Below are positions 55,462 to 64,000 of a stretch of 64,000 nt of DNA, in pieces. Within the stretch, counting starts at the first letter, position 1. Each line of letters begins with the position of its first letter. The notes below the pieces were generated by a model. The model made no database searches. It saw only the letters and a list, made by a program, of their open reading frames with translations, and had not been told where the DNA came from. The DNA lies in IMG/VR virus record IMGVR_UViG_3300021961_008712, positions 1 to 64,000 of that record. One strand, given 5' to 3'. Position numbers and translations under genes: made by a program. The stretch is from a virus.

Positions 55462-56837
55462 CATCTCAAGAAGTAAAAGATAAATTAGATAAGGTAGGTT
55501 GTGGATTCTGTTTAGCAAAATGGACTCAAGTAACTATGCACCTTTCTATGGGAATGACTCATTCTTGTCACCACCCTTCTCCTCACAAAATAGGGTTAAA
55601 CGAGATTAAAAGAAATCCTACTGCGCTTCATAATACAAAGTTTAAAAAACTTAAAAGAAAAGAAATGCTTGAGGGAAAAAAACCTCAAGAGTGTAACTAT
55701 TGCTGGAATGTTGAAGATAATTCTAATTCATTTTCTGATAGAGTATTTAAATCATCAGAACCTTGGTCAATTAAGAGTTACGATGATATAGTAAATTCAC
55801 ATTGGAGAGATGATTTTAATCCTAGGTACGTAGAGGTTGCTTTCTCTAATACTTGTAATTTCAAATGCGCTTACTGTGGTCCTCAATTCTCATCTAAGTG
55901 GGTAGATGAAATAGAAAAACACGGTCCGTATCCCACTTCCACTAATTTTAACGGCATCGAACACCTCAAGGCAAAAAATGAAATGCCTTATAAGCACTCA
56001 GAAGATAATCCTTATCTAGATGCATTTTGGGAATGGTGGCCAAGTTTGTATCGTGATTTGCATACTTTTAGAATTACAGGTGGAGAGCCTCTACTTGCCA
56101 AGGACACTTTTAAAGTTCTAGATTATATTATAGAACAAGAAGAACCTAACACAGAATTAGCATTATCTATAAACTCTAATTTAGGAATACCAGATAACTT
56201 ACTTGATAAATTTATTGCTAAAGCTAAGATATTGTGTGAACAAGATAAGGTGAAAGAGTTAGTAGTCTTTACATCTGTAGAAGCTAAAGGTAAGCAGGCT
56301 GAATATACAAGATTCGGTTTGGAGTATGATAAATTTTGGCAAAACGTAGATAAGATATTAACGGAGCTACCTAAAGTAACGGTTAATATTATGGCTACCT
56401 TTAATGCACTGTCTGTCTTCACATATAGCGATTTAGTCGATAAGGTATTTGAAATGAAGAAAAAACACCACAATGGTAAACGTTATTCCATTTCTGCTGT
56501 ACAATTAGATACTTCGTACTTACGTTGGCCTAATCACCTTTCTGTTCGTATATTAGATGAAGAGCATAAAGAGTATATACTCCAAGCTGCTAAAAAAGCA
56601 CTATACTATGGACAGAGAGAATTTTCTCATAACACATACGGATTTACAAACGTAGAGATACAGAAAATTAAAAGAATATACGACTATGCTAAAGGTCATA
56701 GCGTTACATACGATAAACAAAAAAATATAGATGACTTTATTATATTTGTAGACGAATTAGATAAACGAAGAGGTACAAATTTCTTAGAGACATTCCCTGA
56801 ACTAAAAGAGTTTTATGCTAGAAATAAAAGAGGGTAA
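55458..56837 (+). CDS. Radical SAM protein with N-terminal twitch/SPASM-like domain
   Basis: CLAKW..SCHH..ECNYCW; CNFKCAYC; TGGEP. Confidence 0.9.
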   Translation: MTSQEVKDKLDKVGCGFCLAKWTQVTMHLSMGMTHSCHHPSPHKIGLNEIKRNPTALHNTKFKKLKRKEMLEGKKPQECNYCWNVEDNSNSFSDRVFKSSEPWSIKSYDDIVNSHWRDDFNPRYVEVAFSNTCNFKCAYCGPQFSSKWVDEIEKHGPYPTSTNFNGIEHLKAKNEMPYKHSEDNPYLDAFWEWWPSLYRDLHTFRITGGEPLLAKDTFKVLDYIIEQEEPNTELALSINSNLGIPDNLLDKFIAKAKILCEQDKVKELVVFTSVEAKGKQAEYTRFGLEYDKFWQNVDKILTELPKVTVNIMATFNALSVFTYSDLVDKVFEMKKKHHNGKRYSISAVQLDTSYLRWPNHLSVRILDEEHKEYILQAAKKALYYGQREFSHNTYGFTNVEIQKIKRIYDYAKGHSVTYDKQKNIDDFIIFVDELDKRRGTNFLETFPELKEFYARNKRG

Positions 56838-57402
56838 GCCATGGGTCTTTTGGCCAAGCCATATATGCGATACCTTTCCAGAAAAACCTGCAAATAAGGT
56901 TATGACTGGAGATCAGGAATTTGAAGTATATGTAGATTTAAAGTTAAATAAGACTGAGAAAGTAATTGGAACCTTATTTACTCTGCTTCCACATTATACA
57001 GCTATGGATATATATGAAGGCCGTTTACTCTTTACTATGATGAATCAAGATAGAGAAACAACCTATTGGGATTTACCCCAACCTATATATGATGATTTAA
57101 GATTAAGAATATTGTGGAAACATGTCCCAAATAAAACTTTCACAGTATTTATTAATAGTAGACAAGTTCATGAAGTAGACTTAACTGAGAAAGCATTTGC
57201 CACAGAAGACGATCCTCACATAATCTTCGGCGCAGGAAACTTTCCTAAAAATGGCTACAACTTGAACTACACTGATATAGAGTTATACGAATTTAAGGTT
57301 ATGCAAAATAATCAATTACTTTGCCACCATACTTTTGAAGACTTTATATTTGACAAATCAGTAGATATTACTGATAATTGTAATTTTATGAATAAACTGT
57401 AA
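56815..57402 (+). CDS. LamG/ConA-like lectin-fold protein
   Basis: Beta-rich; FTVFINS, IIFGAG, DITDNCN. Confidence 0.45.
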   Translation: MLEIKEGKPWVFWPSHICDTFPEKPANKVMTGDQEFEVYVDLKLNKTEKVIGTLFTLLPHYTAMDIYEGRLLFTMMNQDRETTYWDLPQPIYDDLRLRILWKHVPNKTFTVFINSRQVHEVDLTEKAFATEDDPHIIFGAGNFPKNGYNLNYTDIELYEFKVMQNNQLLCHHTFEDFIFDKSVDITDNCNFMNKL

Positions 57403-58155
57403 ATGAAAAAGTTAATAGTCTGTGGTGATTCGTATATGGCTGCTACGCAGGATCTTCCTGATAGAGCAGATTGCCTAGGTGAAGGACATTTTACTCAAAT
57501 ACTTGCTAAAGAATTAAACTTAGAGTACGACACTTTTGCTAGAGGCGGGTCATCTAACTTTCTTATTTACCTTCAAGTAAAAGAAGCAATTAAACTAAAA
57601 CCAGACCTCATTATGGTAGGGTTTACAGACAGTAATAGAGTAGAGATTTTAAACGCAGAATACTACAATAAGGATTTAGATGGTAATAGTATTGATGTTT
57701 ATCAATTTAACTATCATGAGTACCCTGATTTATCTACTGCATTAAGAAAAGAAAAGTGGAATAATAAACCAAGGTATATTTCTACATCTGTAATTAACGT
57801 AATAGATTTCCCAGAAAATTTTGAAGACAAAGGCAGGCTTTTTAGTGATAATAATTTGAAAATATATAAGGATTATTTTACTTCATTCTGGAGCCCTTCT
57901 ATTCAATCTTTATATAGTAATATATTGATGAATCATACTATAGATTTATTAAATAAGTCTAAGATAGAGTATTATATACTAGGACTAGGAGACCCTACGG
58001 ATGATCGTAGAGATAAAAGGGGAAGTAAAAATCTTAACCCACAAAATCAACCTGGCGGAGGACCCTACAGATGGCATACCACTGCAGAAACTCAAAACAT
58101 ATTAGCAAAAAATTGGATTAACTATTTTAAAGACTTATGGCAGATAAACAACTAG
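57403..58155 (+). CDS. SGNH/GDSL hydrolase-like protein
   Basis: IVCGDSY, ARGGSSN, C-terminal WHTT. Confidence 0.7.
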   Translation: MKKLIVCGDSYMAATQDLPDRADCLGEGHFTQILAKELNLEYDTFARGGSSNFLIYLQVKEAIKLKPDLIMVGFTDSNRVEILNAEYYNKDLDGNSIDVYQFNYHEYPDLSTALRKEKWNNKPRYISTSVINVIDFPENFEDKGRLFSDNNLKIYKDYFTSFWSPSIQSLYSNILMNHTIDLLNKSKIEYYILGLGDPTDDRRDKRGSKNLNPQNQPGGGPYRWHTTAETQNILAKNWINYFKDLWQINN

Positions 58156-59657
58156 TAGAGTGGAGAGATAAACACCTCAATTCGGTAAGTAAAAGCTTTT
58201 GTGCTGCTAAGTGGTATAATGCTTCTTTACACCTAGGCCATGGATTTACTAATTCATGTCATTTACCTCTACCCCACCCTATTGATCTAGAGGAGATTAA
58301 AACTAATCCTTCAGCATTACATAATACTATGTTTAAGAAGAAGATTAGAAAAATGATGCTTGAAGGTACAAGACCTGCTGAATGCTCGTATTGCTGGAAA
58401 GTAGAAGATATAGGTGCAAATTCGATAGGTGATAGGGTATTTAAAAGCCGTATATACTCTGATGAAGATATAGCTAAGTTAGCTGAACTTCCTTGGGATG
58501 CAGATGTAAATCTTAAAACAGTAGAAGTTTCTTTTGATAGAACATGTAACTTTGCTTGCTCATACTGTAATACTGGATACTCTACTACATGGGCTAAAGA
58601 CATAGAAGAGAACGGACCTTATCAAAAATTTAAGACTACATCTGCAGGAGCTTATCATAGTGATGGTTCTTGGGCAGACGTATTTGGTAAAAATAATAAA
58701 GATAATCCATATGTAGATGCATTTATAGAATGGTGGCCAGAACTTGCACCTGAACTACAAGAGTTAAGAGTTACTGGAGGAGAGCCATCTGCATCATTTA
58801 ATTTTTGGAAGTTCTTAGAGAAAATGCAAGAAGTACCTGCACCTAATCTAAGATTAGCTGTTAACTCTAATTTAGGAGTAAATGATAAATTAATTAATAA
58901 GTTAATTGATATGTCTAATACTCTCCCTATTAAAGAGTTTGATCTATATACTTCCTGTGAGGCATTTGGTATTCAAGCAGAATATATTAGACATGGATTA
59001 GTTTGGGACGTATGGAGAAATAACTTAGTACGAATGATTGAAGAAGGAAACTTTAGACAAATTATTTGTATGATGACTATTAATTCTCTATGTCTTTACT
59101 CTATTACTGAATTCATGGATGATATGTTTACCCTTAAAGAGAAGTACGGCATGAATAAACCAGGTATAGATTTAAATATTCTTAGATGGCCTGCTTTTAT
59201 GTCACCACTAAACCTACCAGACTCAGAGAAGAAAAAACTTCATAAGAAATTAGCTGATTGGTATGAGATTAAAAAAGAGCACCCTCTTATGATGGATCAT
59301 GAAAAAGCTCAAATAGAAAGATTAATAGACTATATTGAAGTAGTAGATCAAGGACACGTAACAACAGAAGATGATAAAGAAAAACACTTCCATGATTTTA
59401 AGTCTTTTTACGAACAGCATGATGCAAGAAGAGGTTCTGATTTTAGAAAAGCATTCCCGGACCCAGATTTACTAGAGTGGTATGACTCCATTGAAGTAGA
59501 CCAGTCTATACCAGATGTACCGGTTAATGATGGACGAATTACCCATTTTGAATCAGGTGAATACGAACCAGATAAAAATAAACCAAAAGAGCTACCTCCT
59601 GCTATAAAAGAAAGAAACGAAAAACAAAGTAAAGTAAAATGGCAAAAGCTCCTGTAA
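58137..59657 (+). CDS. Radical SAM protein with twitch-like domain (paralog of 55458)
   Basis: CAAKW..SCHL..ECSYCW; CNFACSYC; TGGEP. Confidence 0.9.
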   Translation: MADKQLVEWRDKHLNSVSKSFCAAKWYNASLHLGHGFTNSCHLPLPHPIDLEEIKTNPSALHNTMFKKKIRKMMLEGTRPAECSYCWKVEDIGANSIGDRVFKSRIYSDEDIAKLAELPWDADVNLKTVEVSFDRTCNFACSYCNTGYSTTWAKDIEENGPYQKFKTTSAGAYHSDGSWADVFGKNNKDNPYVDAFIEWWPELAPELQELRVTGGEPSASFNFWKFLEKMQEVPAPNLRLAVNSNLGVNDKLINKLIDMSNTLPIKEFDLYTSCEAFGIQAEYIRHGLVWDVWRNNLVRMIEEGNFRQIICMMTINSLCLYSITEFMDDMFTLKEKYGMNKPGIDLNILRWPAFMSPLNLPDSEKKKLHKKLADWYEIKKEHPLMMDHEKAQIERLIDYIEVVDQGHVTTEDDKEKHFHDFKSFYEQHDARRGSDFRKAFPDPDLLEWYDSIEVDQSIPDVPVNDGRITHFESGEYEPDKNKPKELPPAIKERNEKQSKVKWQKLL

Positions 59658-60676
59658 ATTATAACTATATAAGAATACCAGAGCCCTGGGGTGGAGGACA
59701 TACCCCATGGGATACGGGGTTGGGTAATAGATTGTTACACTGGGATGTTGTATATGCTATTAATAAAAGTAATAACTATAAATTTTTTCTAGAGGTAGAA
59801 GCAAGATATTGGCGTGAATTAGAGTTTATAGAACTACCTGGTACTCGTCCGTTGAACATTAATACAGGTACAAATGAGGAGCTTCAAAAACTACTTCACA
59901 AATATGACTTTAATATAAAAAGTCAAAAAATAACCCCACTAAGTCCTCTAGGTGATGATATTTTAGATCAATTTAGTGTTGATGAAGAATATAAACTGGA
60001 ACCAAAAAACTACTATACTTGTTTTGATTGGAAATTTCTTCAACTAACTGAAAAAATAGCAATAGATAACACAGGTTTAAGTAGAATTGCTATTAAAAAT
60101 AAAATACTTTTTAATACAATTAGAAGTATGGGAGTAAATTGTGTAGGAATACATTTACGTAGAGGCGCAGGAGTATTTAAAACACCAGCGCAACTACTAG
60201 AGCTTCCTAAAACAGTACAGAATAATCCATTTTTACAAACACTTCATCCTACTACTATATATAAGTACTGGAATAATAACGTATATGAATCGTTAATAAG
60301 GGAAATCAGGCAAATAGAACCTAATCAAAAATTTTATATAAGCTGTGATTTACAAGTTGGAGAGTATGAATTTTTAAAAGAAAAATTTGGGGATAATATT
60401 AAAACCCGACAAGATGTAATTAGAGATTTACCCGATTCAATTATACAGGGAATAGACTTTACAGATGTAAAAGATGAAAGAAGAATTGCATTAGAGAGTG
60501 TAGTAGATATGATGGTACTTTCATACTGTGATTTTATTGTTGGAGCACAGCACTCAACCTGGCTAGATTCTATTCAAAGAATAAGACAAGTGCCCCACGG
60601 TTTTATCAATCAGTCGAGAGATATACTTTTGAGACATTATAATAAGGCAAAAATAAATTCAAGAGGAGTATTATGA
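59639..60676 (+). CDS. Fucosyltransferase-like GT-B enzyme (GT11/GT23/NodZ-like)
   Basis: GLGNRL, VGIHLRRG, FYISCD, DMMVLSYCDFIVG..STW. Confidence 0.75.
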   Translation: MAKAPVNYNYIRIPEPWGGGHTPWDTGLGNRLLHWDVVYAINKSNNYKFFLEVEARYWRELEFIELPGTRPLNINTGTNEELQKLLHKYDFNIKSQKITPLSPLGDDILDQFSVDEEYKLEPKNYYTCFDWKFLQLTEKIAIDNTGLSRIAIKNKILFNTIRSMGVNCVGIHLRRGAGVFKTPAQLLELPKTVQNNPFLQTLHPTTIYKYWNNNVYESLIREIRQIEPNQKFYISCDLQVGEYEFLKEKFGDNIKTRQDVIRDLPDSIIQGIDFTDVKDERRIALESVVDMMVLSYCDFIVGAQHSTWLDSIQRIRQVPHGFINQSRDILLRHYNKAKINSRGVL

Positions 60677-61275
60677 GTTTTGGAATAGTAGAAAGTTTCG
60701 AAAATAAAGTCGCTGAATTCTTTGGTGCTACTTATGGAGTTGCCGTAGACTGCTGTACTCATGGATTAGAACTTTGTTTAAGGCATACAAAAGCAGATAG
60801 AATACTAGTACCAACACATACATATCTTTCGGTACCTATGTTATCTAATAAGTTAGGTATAGGTAGAATGTGGAAAGAAGAACGGTGGAAAAACTACTAT
60901 AATATAACACATAGAATAATCGATGCAGCAGTCTTATGGGAAGAAGGTTCTTACGTAAAGGGTTCTCTTATGGTTCTAAGCTTTCAATTTAAAAAACATC
61001 TCAGCTTAGGTAGAGGAGGAATGATTTTAACAGACAGTGTAGAAGACTGGTTAGCTTTAAAAGCGATGTCCTACGATGGTCGCTCACCAGAAGACATACC
61101 GTGGGCAGACCAAGAGATAGAGACAATAGGGTACCACTATTACATGACCCCTGAAACTGCATACTCAGGTTTGCAAAAAATGAATAACCCAGAATTTATA
61201 CAAAGAAAGCCCAAAGAATGGAGCTGGGAGGATTATCCAAACATAATGAAGCTAAAAGTATTTAAAGATGGTTAA
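60673..61275 (+). CDS. Compact DegT/DnrJ/StrS sugar aminotransferase
   Basis: FENKVAEF, CTHGL, IIDAA, SFQFKKHL..GRGGMI (PLP Lys). Confidence 0.85.
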   Translation: MSFGIVESFENKVAEFFGATYGVAVDCCTHGLELCLRHTKADRILVPTHTYLSVPMLSNKLGIGRMWKEERWKNYYNITHRIIDAAVLWEEGSYVKGSLMVLSFQFKKHLSLGRGGMILTDSVEDWLALKAMSYDGRSPEDIPWADQEIETIGYHYYMTPETAYSGLQKMNNPEFIQRKPKEWSWEDYPNIMKLKVFKDG

Positions 61276-62278
61276 TGTACATAATGAATATAGCAAATTA
61301 AAAGAGGTAATAGTTGGTACTATAGATAATGCTAACATGCCTAAACATGGATTTGATCTTCATGCTATTAATTACGCAGACAAAGATACAATTCCTAGTA
61401 ATGAACTTGGCTTTTTTGATCAAAAAGTGTATGAAGAAACAGCTGAAGACTTAGAAAATCTCGTTAGTATATTGAAAGACTGTGGAGTAGTTGTACATAG
61501 ACCTTCAACTTTAGACACAACAAAAACCGTTTCTAACGGACACTGGACCACAGACCAGTACTATACGTTCTGCCCAAGAGATACTATGACAGTTATAGGA
61601 AATACCATTGTGGAAGCACCTATGACGTTAAGGTCTAGACAATTTGAAACAGATGCTTATAGAGAAATTTTTCACCACTACATGGTAGGTGGGGCAAAGT
61701 GGGTATGTGCACCTAAACCTAGACTCTTAGATAACTGTTACCAAAGAGATGATCTATCTAAACTAACATTAACTAACACAGAACCCGTATTTGATGCTGC
61801 AAATATTTTAAGACATAATAGAGATATTTTGTACCTAGAATCTAATACAGGTAATTTTGCAGGATATTTATGGTTAAAGAATCTACTTGGTGATGAGTAT
61901 AATGTACACTTTTTACAAAACATGTATTCTTACTCTCACATAGATTCAACTATTGCTATTCTTAGAGATGGGTTAGTTTTAGTAAATCCATCTAGAGTAA
62001 ATGAAAAAAACCTCCCTGCATTATTTAAAAACTGGGATGTGATATACTCACCAGAAATGGTAGATATAGGATACCACAAAGTAGAAAGAGCTTCTGTATG
62101 GGTCGGTATTAATTTACTCTCAGTAGATGAAAATACTGTTATAGTAGATAATAGACAAACAGAACTAATAAAGGTGTTAAAAAAATATAAAATAGAAGCA
62201 TTAGATGCAAAAATAAGACACTCTAGAACATTAGGGGGTTCTTTTCACTGCGTTACTTGCGATACAATAAGAGAATGA
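61268..62278 (+). CDS. Amidinotransferase (inosamine-phosphate/glycine amidinotransferase family)
   Basis: NEYSKLKEVIVG, CPRD, FDAAN, HIDST, GGSFHCVT. Confidence 0.9.
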   Translation: MVNVHNEYSKLKEVIVGTIDNANMPKHGFDLHAINYADKDTIPSNELGFFDQKVYEETAEDLENLVSILKDCGVVVHRPSTLDTTKTVSNGHWTTDQYYTFCPRDTMTVIGNTIVEAPMTLRSRQFETDAYREIFHHYMVGGAKWVCAPKPRLLDNCYQRDDLSKLTLTNTEPVFDAANILRHNRDILYLESNTGNFAGYLWLKNLLGDEYNVHFLQNMYSYSHIDSTIAILRDGLVLVNPSRVNEKNLPALFKNWDVIYSPEMVDIGYHKVERASVWVGINLLSVDENTVIVDNRQTELIKVLKKYKIEALDAKIRHSRTLGGSFHCVTCDTIRE

Positions 62279-62279
62279 T

Positions 62280-63149
62280 ATGAAGTTTGTTTTAATAGGA
62301 GGAGCAGGTTATATTGGAAGCCAATTAACTGTTGCATTAGATACAAGAGGGCACGAAGTTACAGTTATAGATAATTTTACCTATAATCAGTCTCCTTTCA
62401 TGCCACCAAAGGTAAAAGTAATAAACGATACAGTTGAGAATATAAGAACACATCAAGCAGATATTGCCTCTGCTGATTATGTATTCTTTATGGCATCACC
62501 TAGGTTAAATGAAATTAATGATTTACCTCAACCTTTACCTTTTGTAGATGCTTTAAACGATACAGTAGATTGCTTAGGAGAAAAAACAGAATTAATATTC
62601 TTTAGTAGCTGTTCTGTGTACGGATACAATGCACAGATAGTTGATGAGACATCTCCTACTAAAATTACCTCTCTATATTCCAAACTGAAAGTTGACTCAG
62701 AAAACAATTTAATATATAAAGGAGATAATAGACTTAAAATAATTAGACTATCTACTCTGTACGGACTTTCTAGTGTTTCTAGAAATGACCTACTCATTAA
62801 TAACTTTATCAGAGATATAACATTTAGTAAATTTTTAGAAGTATACGATCCATTAGCTTGGAGACCTAATATATTTTTAGAGGACTTAATAAATATTTTA
62901 ATAGATCTGTCGGAACATAAACGATTTAGGCCTATATTGAATATTGGCTTTAATGAGTTAAATACTACTAAGCAAGATTTAATACTAACATTAGTCTCTA
63001 AAAATAAATTTGATTTTAGTGTAAAATATTACGCCCCACAAGATAGTAGAAGCTATAAAGTTAAATTTGATTTATTAAAAACTCTATTAACTTTTAGTAC
63101 ATATACCTCTTATGAAGATGGTATAAATAAAATACGTGAACAATTATGA
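62280..63149 (+). CDS. NAD-dependent epimerase/dehydratase
   Basis: GGAGYIG, SSCSVYG, YSKLK. Confidence 0.9.
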   Translation: MKFVLIGGAGYIGSQLTVALDTRGHEVTVIDNFTYNQSPFMPPKVKVINDTVENIRTHQADIASADYVFFMASPRLNEINDLPQPLPFVDALNDTVDCLGEKTELIFFSSCSVYGYNAQIVDETSPTKITSLYSKLKVDSENNLIYKGDNRLKIIRLSTLYGLSSVSRNDLLINNFIRDITFSKFLEVYDPLAWRPNIFLEDLINILIDLSEHKRFRPILNIGFNELNTTKQDLILTLVSKNKFDFSVKYYAPQDSRSYKVKFDLLKTLLTFSTYTSYEDGINKIREQL

Positions 63150-64000
63150 AAGGAACAGTTTTAATAACAGGGGTAGCAGGACTTCTAGGAAGTAGATTAG
63201 CTGACCACCTAATAGAAAAATACCCAGACCTTAAAGTCGTAGGTATTGATAATCTATCAGGTGGTTTTATGGAGAATGTAAACAGTAAAGTAAACTTTCA
63301 TAATATAGATTTAGCGGAAGATAATATTAACGGTGTTTTCTCTTGGCATAAACCAGAATATGTTTTTCATTTTGCAGCATACGCAGCAGAAGGACTTTCT
63401 CCTTTTATTAGAACATACAATTACAAGAATAATACAATAGCTACTGCTAAAGTAATAAATGCATGTATTAGAACAGGAGTAAAACGTTTAGTATTTACTT
63501 CTTCTATGGCTGTTTATGGACACGGATGGGAAGGTAAAAGACCTTTTGAGGAAGGTGATATACCTAAACCTATTGATCCTTACGGTATTGCAAAATATGC
63601 TTGTGAAATGGATATACAAGTAGCAGGTGAACAGCACGGATTAGACTGGTGTATAATTAGACCTCATAACGTATATGGAGTTAAACAGAACATTTGGGAT
63701 AAATATAGAAATGTATTAGGTATATGGATGTACCAGTACTTAAATGACCAGCCAATGACGATTTTTGGTGATGGTCAACAAACTAGAGCATTTAGCTATA
63801 TTGACGATTGTTTAGAACCACTAGAAAGAGCTGCAATCAAACCAGAGGCGTCTAAACAGATTATCAATCTTGGAGGTACTAAATTTACTTCAATTAATGA
63901 AGCTAATGCTATTTTAAGAGATGTAATTAAAAACGGTACCGTAGAGTATAGAGAAGGTAGACATGAAGTTAAAGATGCATATCCTACATGGGCTAAGTCT
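63146..64000 (+). CDS. NAD-dependent epimerase/dehydratase (3'-truncated)
   Basis: MKGTVLITGVAGLLG, SSMAVYG, YGIAK, IFGDGQQTRAF; open to the window end. Confidence 0.9.
   Translation, partial: MKGTVLITGVAGLLGSRLADHLIEKYPDLKVVGIDNLSGGFMENVNSKVNFHNIDLAEDNINGVFSWHKPEYVFHFAAYAAEGLSPFIRTYNYKNNTIATAKVINACIRTGVKRLVFTSSMAVYGHGWEGKRPFEEGDIPKPIDPYGIAKYACEMDIQVAGEQHGLDWCIIRPHNVYGVKQNIWDKYRNVLGIWMYQYLNDQPMTIFGDGQQTRAFSYIDDCLEPLERAAIKPEASKQIINLGGTKFTSINEANAILRDVIKNGTVEYREGRHEVKDAYPTWAKS

Noticed and set aside
3923-62797. Minus-strand ORFs and short nested + strand ORFs in the ORF track (e.g. 880, 8785, 10214, 48005)
   Set aside because: They lie almost wholly opposite or within well-supported + strand genes and show no motifs; they are shadow frames.
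63122-63129. T4-type TATAAATA on the + strand
   Set aside because: It is inside a coding region and is not the motif recurring in the intergenic gaps; likely chance in AT-rich DNA.
1-64000. Stop-codon reassignment as in some large Bacteroidota phages
   Set aside because: Core genes are full length in code 11, and TAA, TAG and TGA all act as stops at tight gene junctions.
1-64000. tRNA or rRNA genes
   Set aside because: Intergenic gaps are short, and I saw no cloverleaf or T-loop signature.

Overview
A 64-kb segment of a large, AT-rich, T4-like tailed phage (probably a jumbo myovirus). Genes are densely packed, essentially all on the + strand, and read in the standard code. Left to right: (1) tail/baseplate and S74-chaperone fibre genes (1-4.8 kb); (2) an accessory block (4.8-23.2 kb) with primase, a PD-(D/E)xK exonuclease, GT25, a mini protein kinase, a zeta-like kinase, an HxGH nucleotidyltransferase fused to zincin domains, a HAD phosphatase, PspC, ParB-like, PRTase-like and nuclease genes; (3) the T4-type head module (gp17, gp20, gp21, gp22, gp23), PhoH and neck genes gp13/14/15; (4) a family of modular S/T/G-rich fibre proteins (37-50 kb); (5) a glycan-biosynthesis cluster (50-64 kb, truncated). 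The lack of Shine-Dalgarno sites and TTG-N20-TATATTA promoters point to a Bacteroidota host (inference). Most notable: about a dozen unrelated accessory proteins share an N-terminal M-x-L-x-x-I-I-L-E leader, and several long ORFs look like polyproteins punctuated by gp21-type [LIV]-x-E sites, suggesting a capsid-loaded cargo system. Also notable are a TATTTATA late-promoter motif, a structured 5'-UTR RNA at 45445-45494, and a possible virion glycosylation system acting on [ST]GS-rich structural proteins. All functional calls come from motif recognition by eye; no database search was run.
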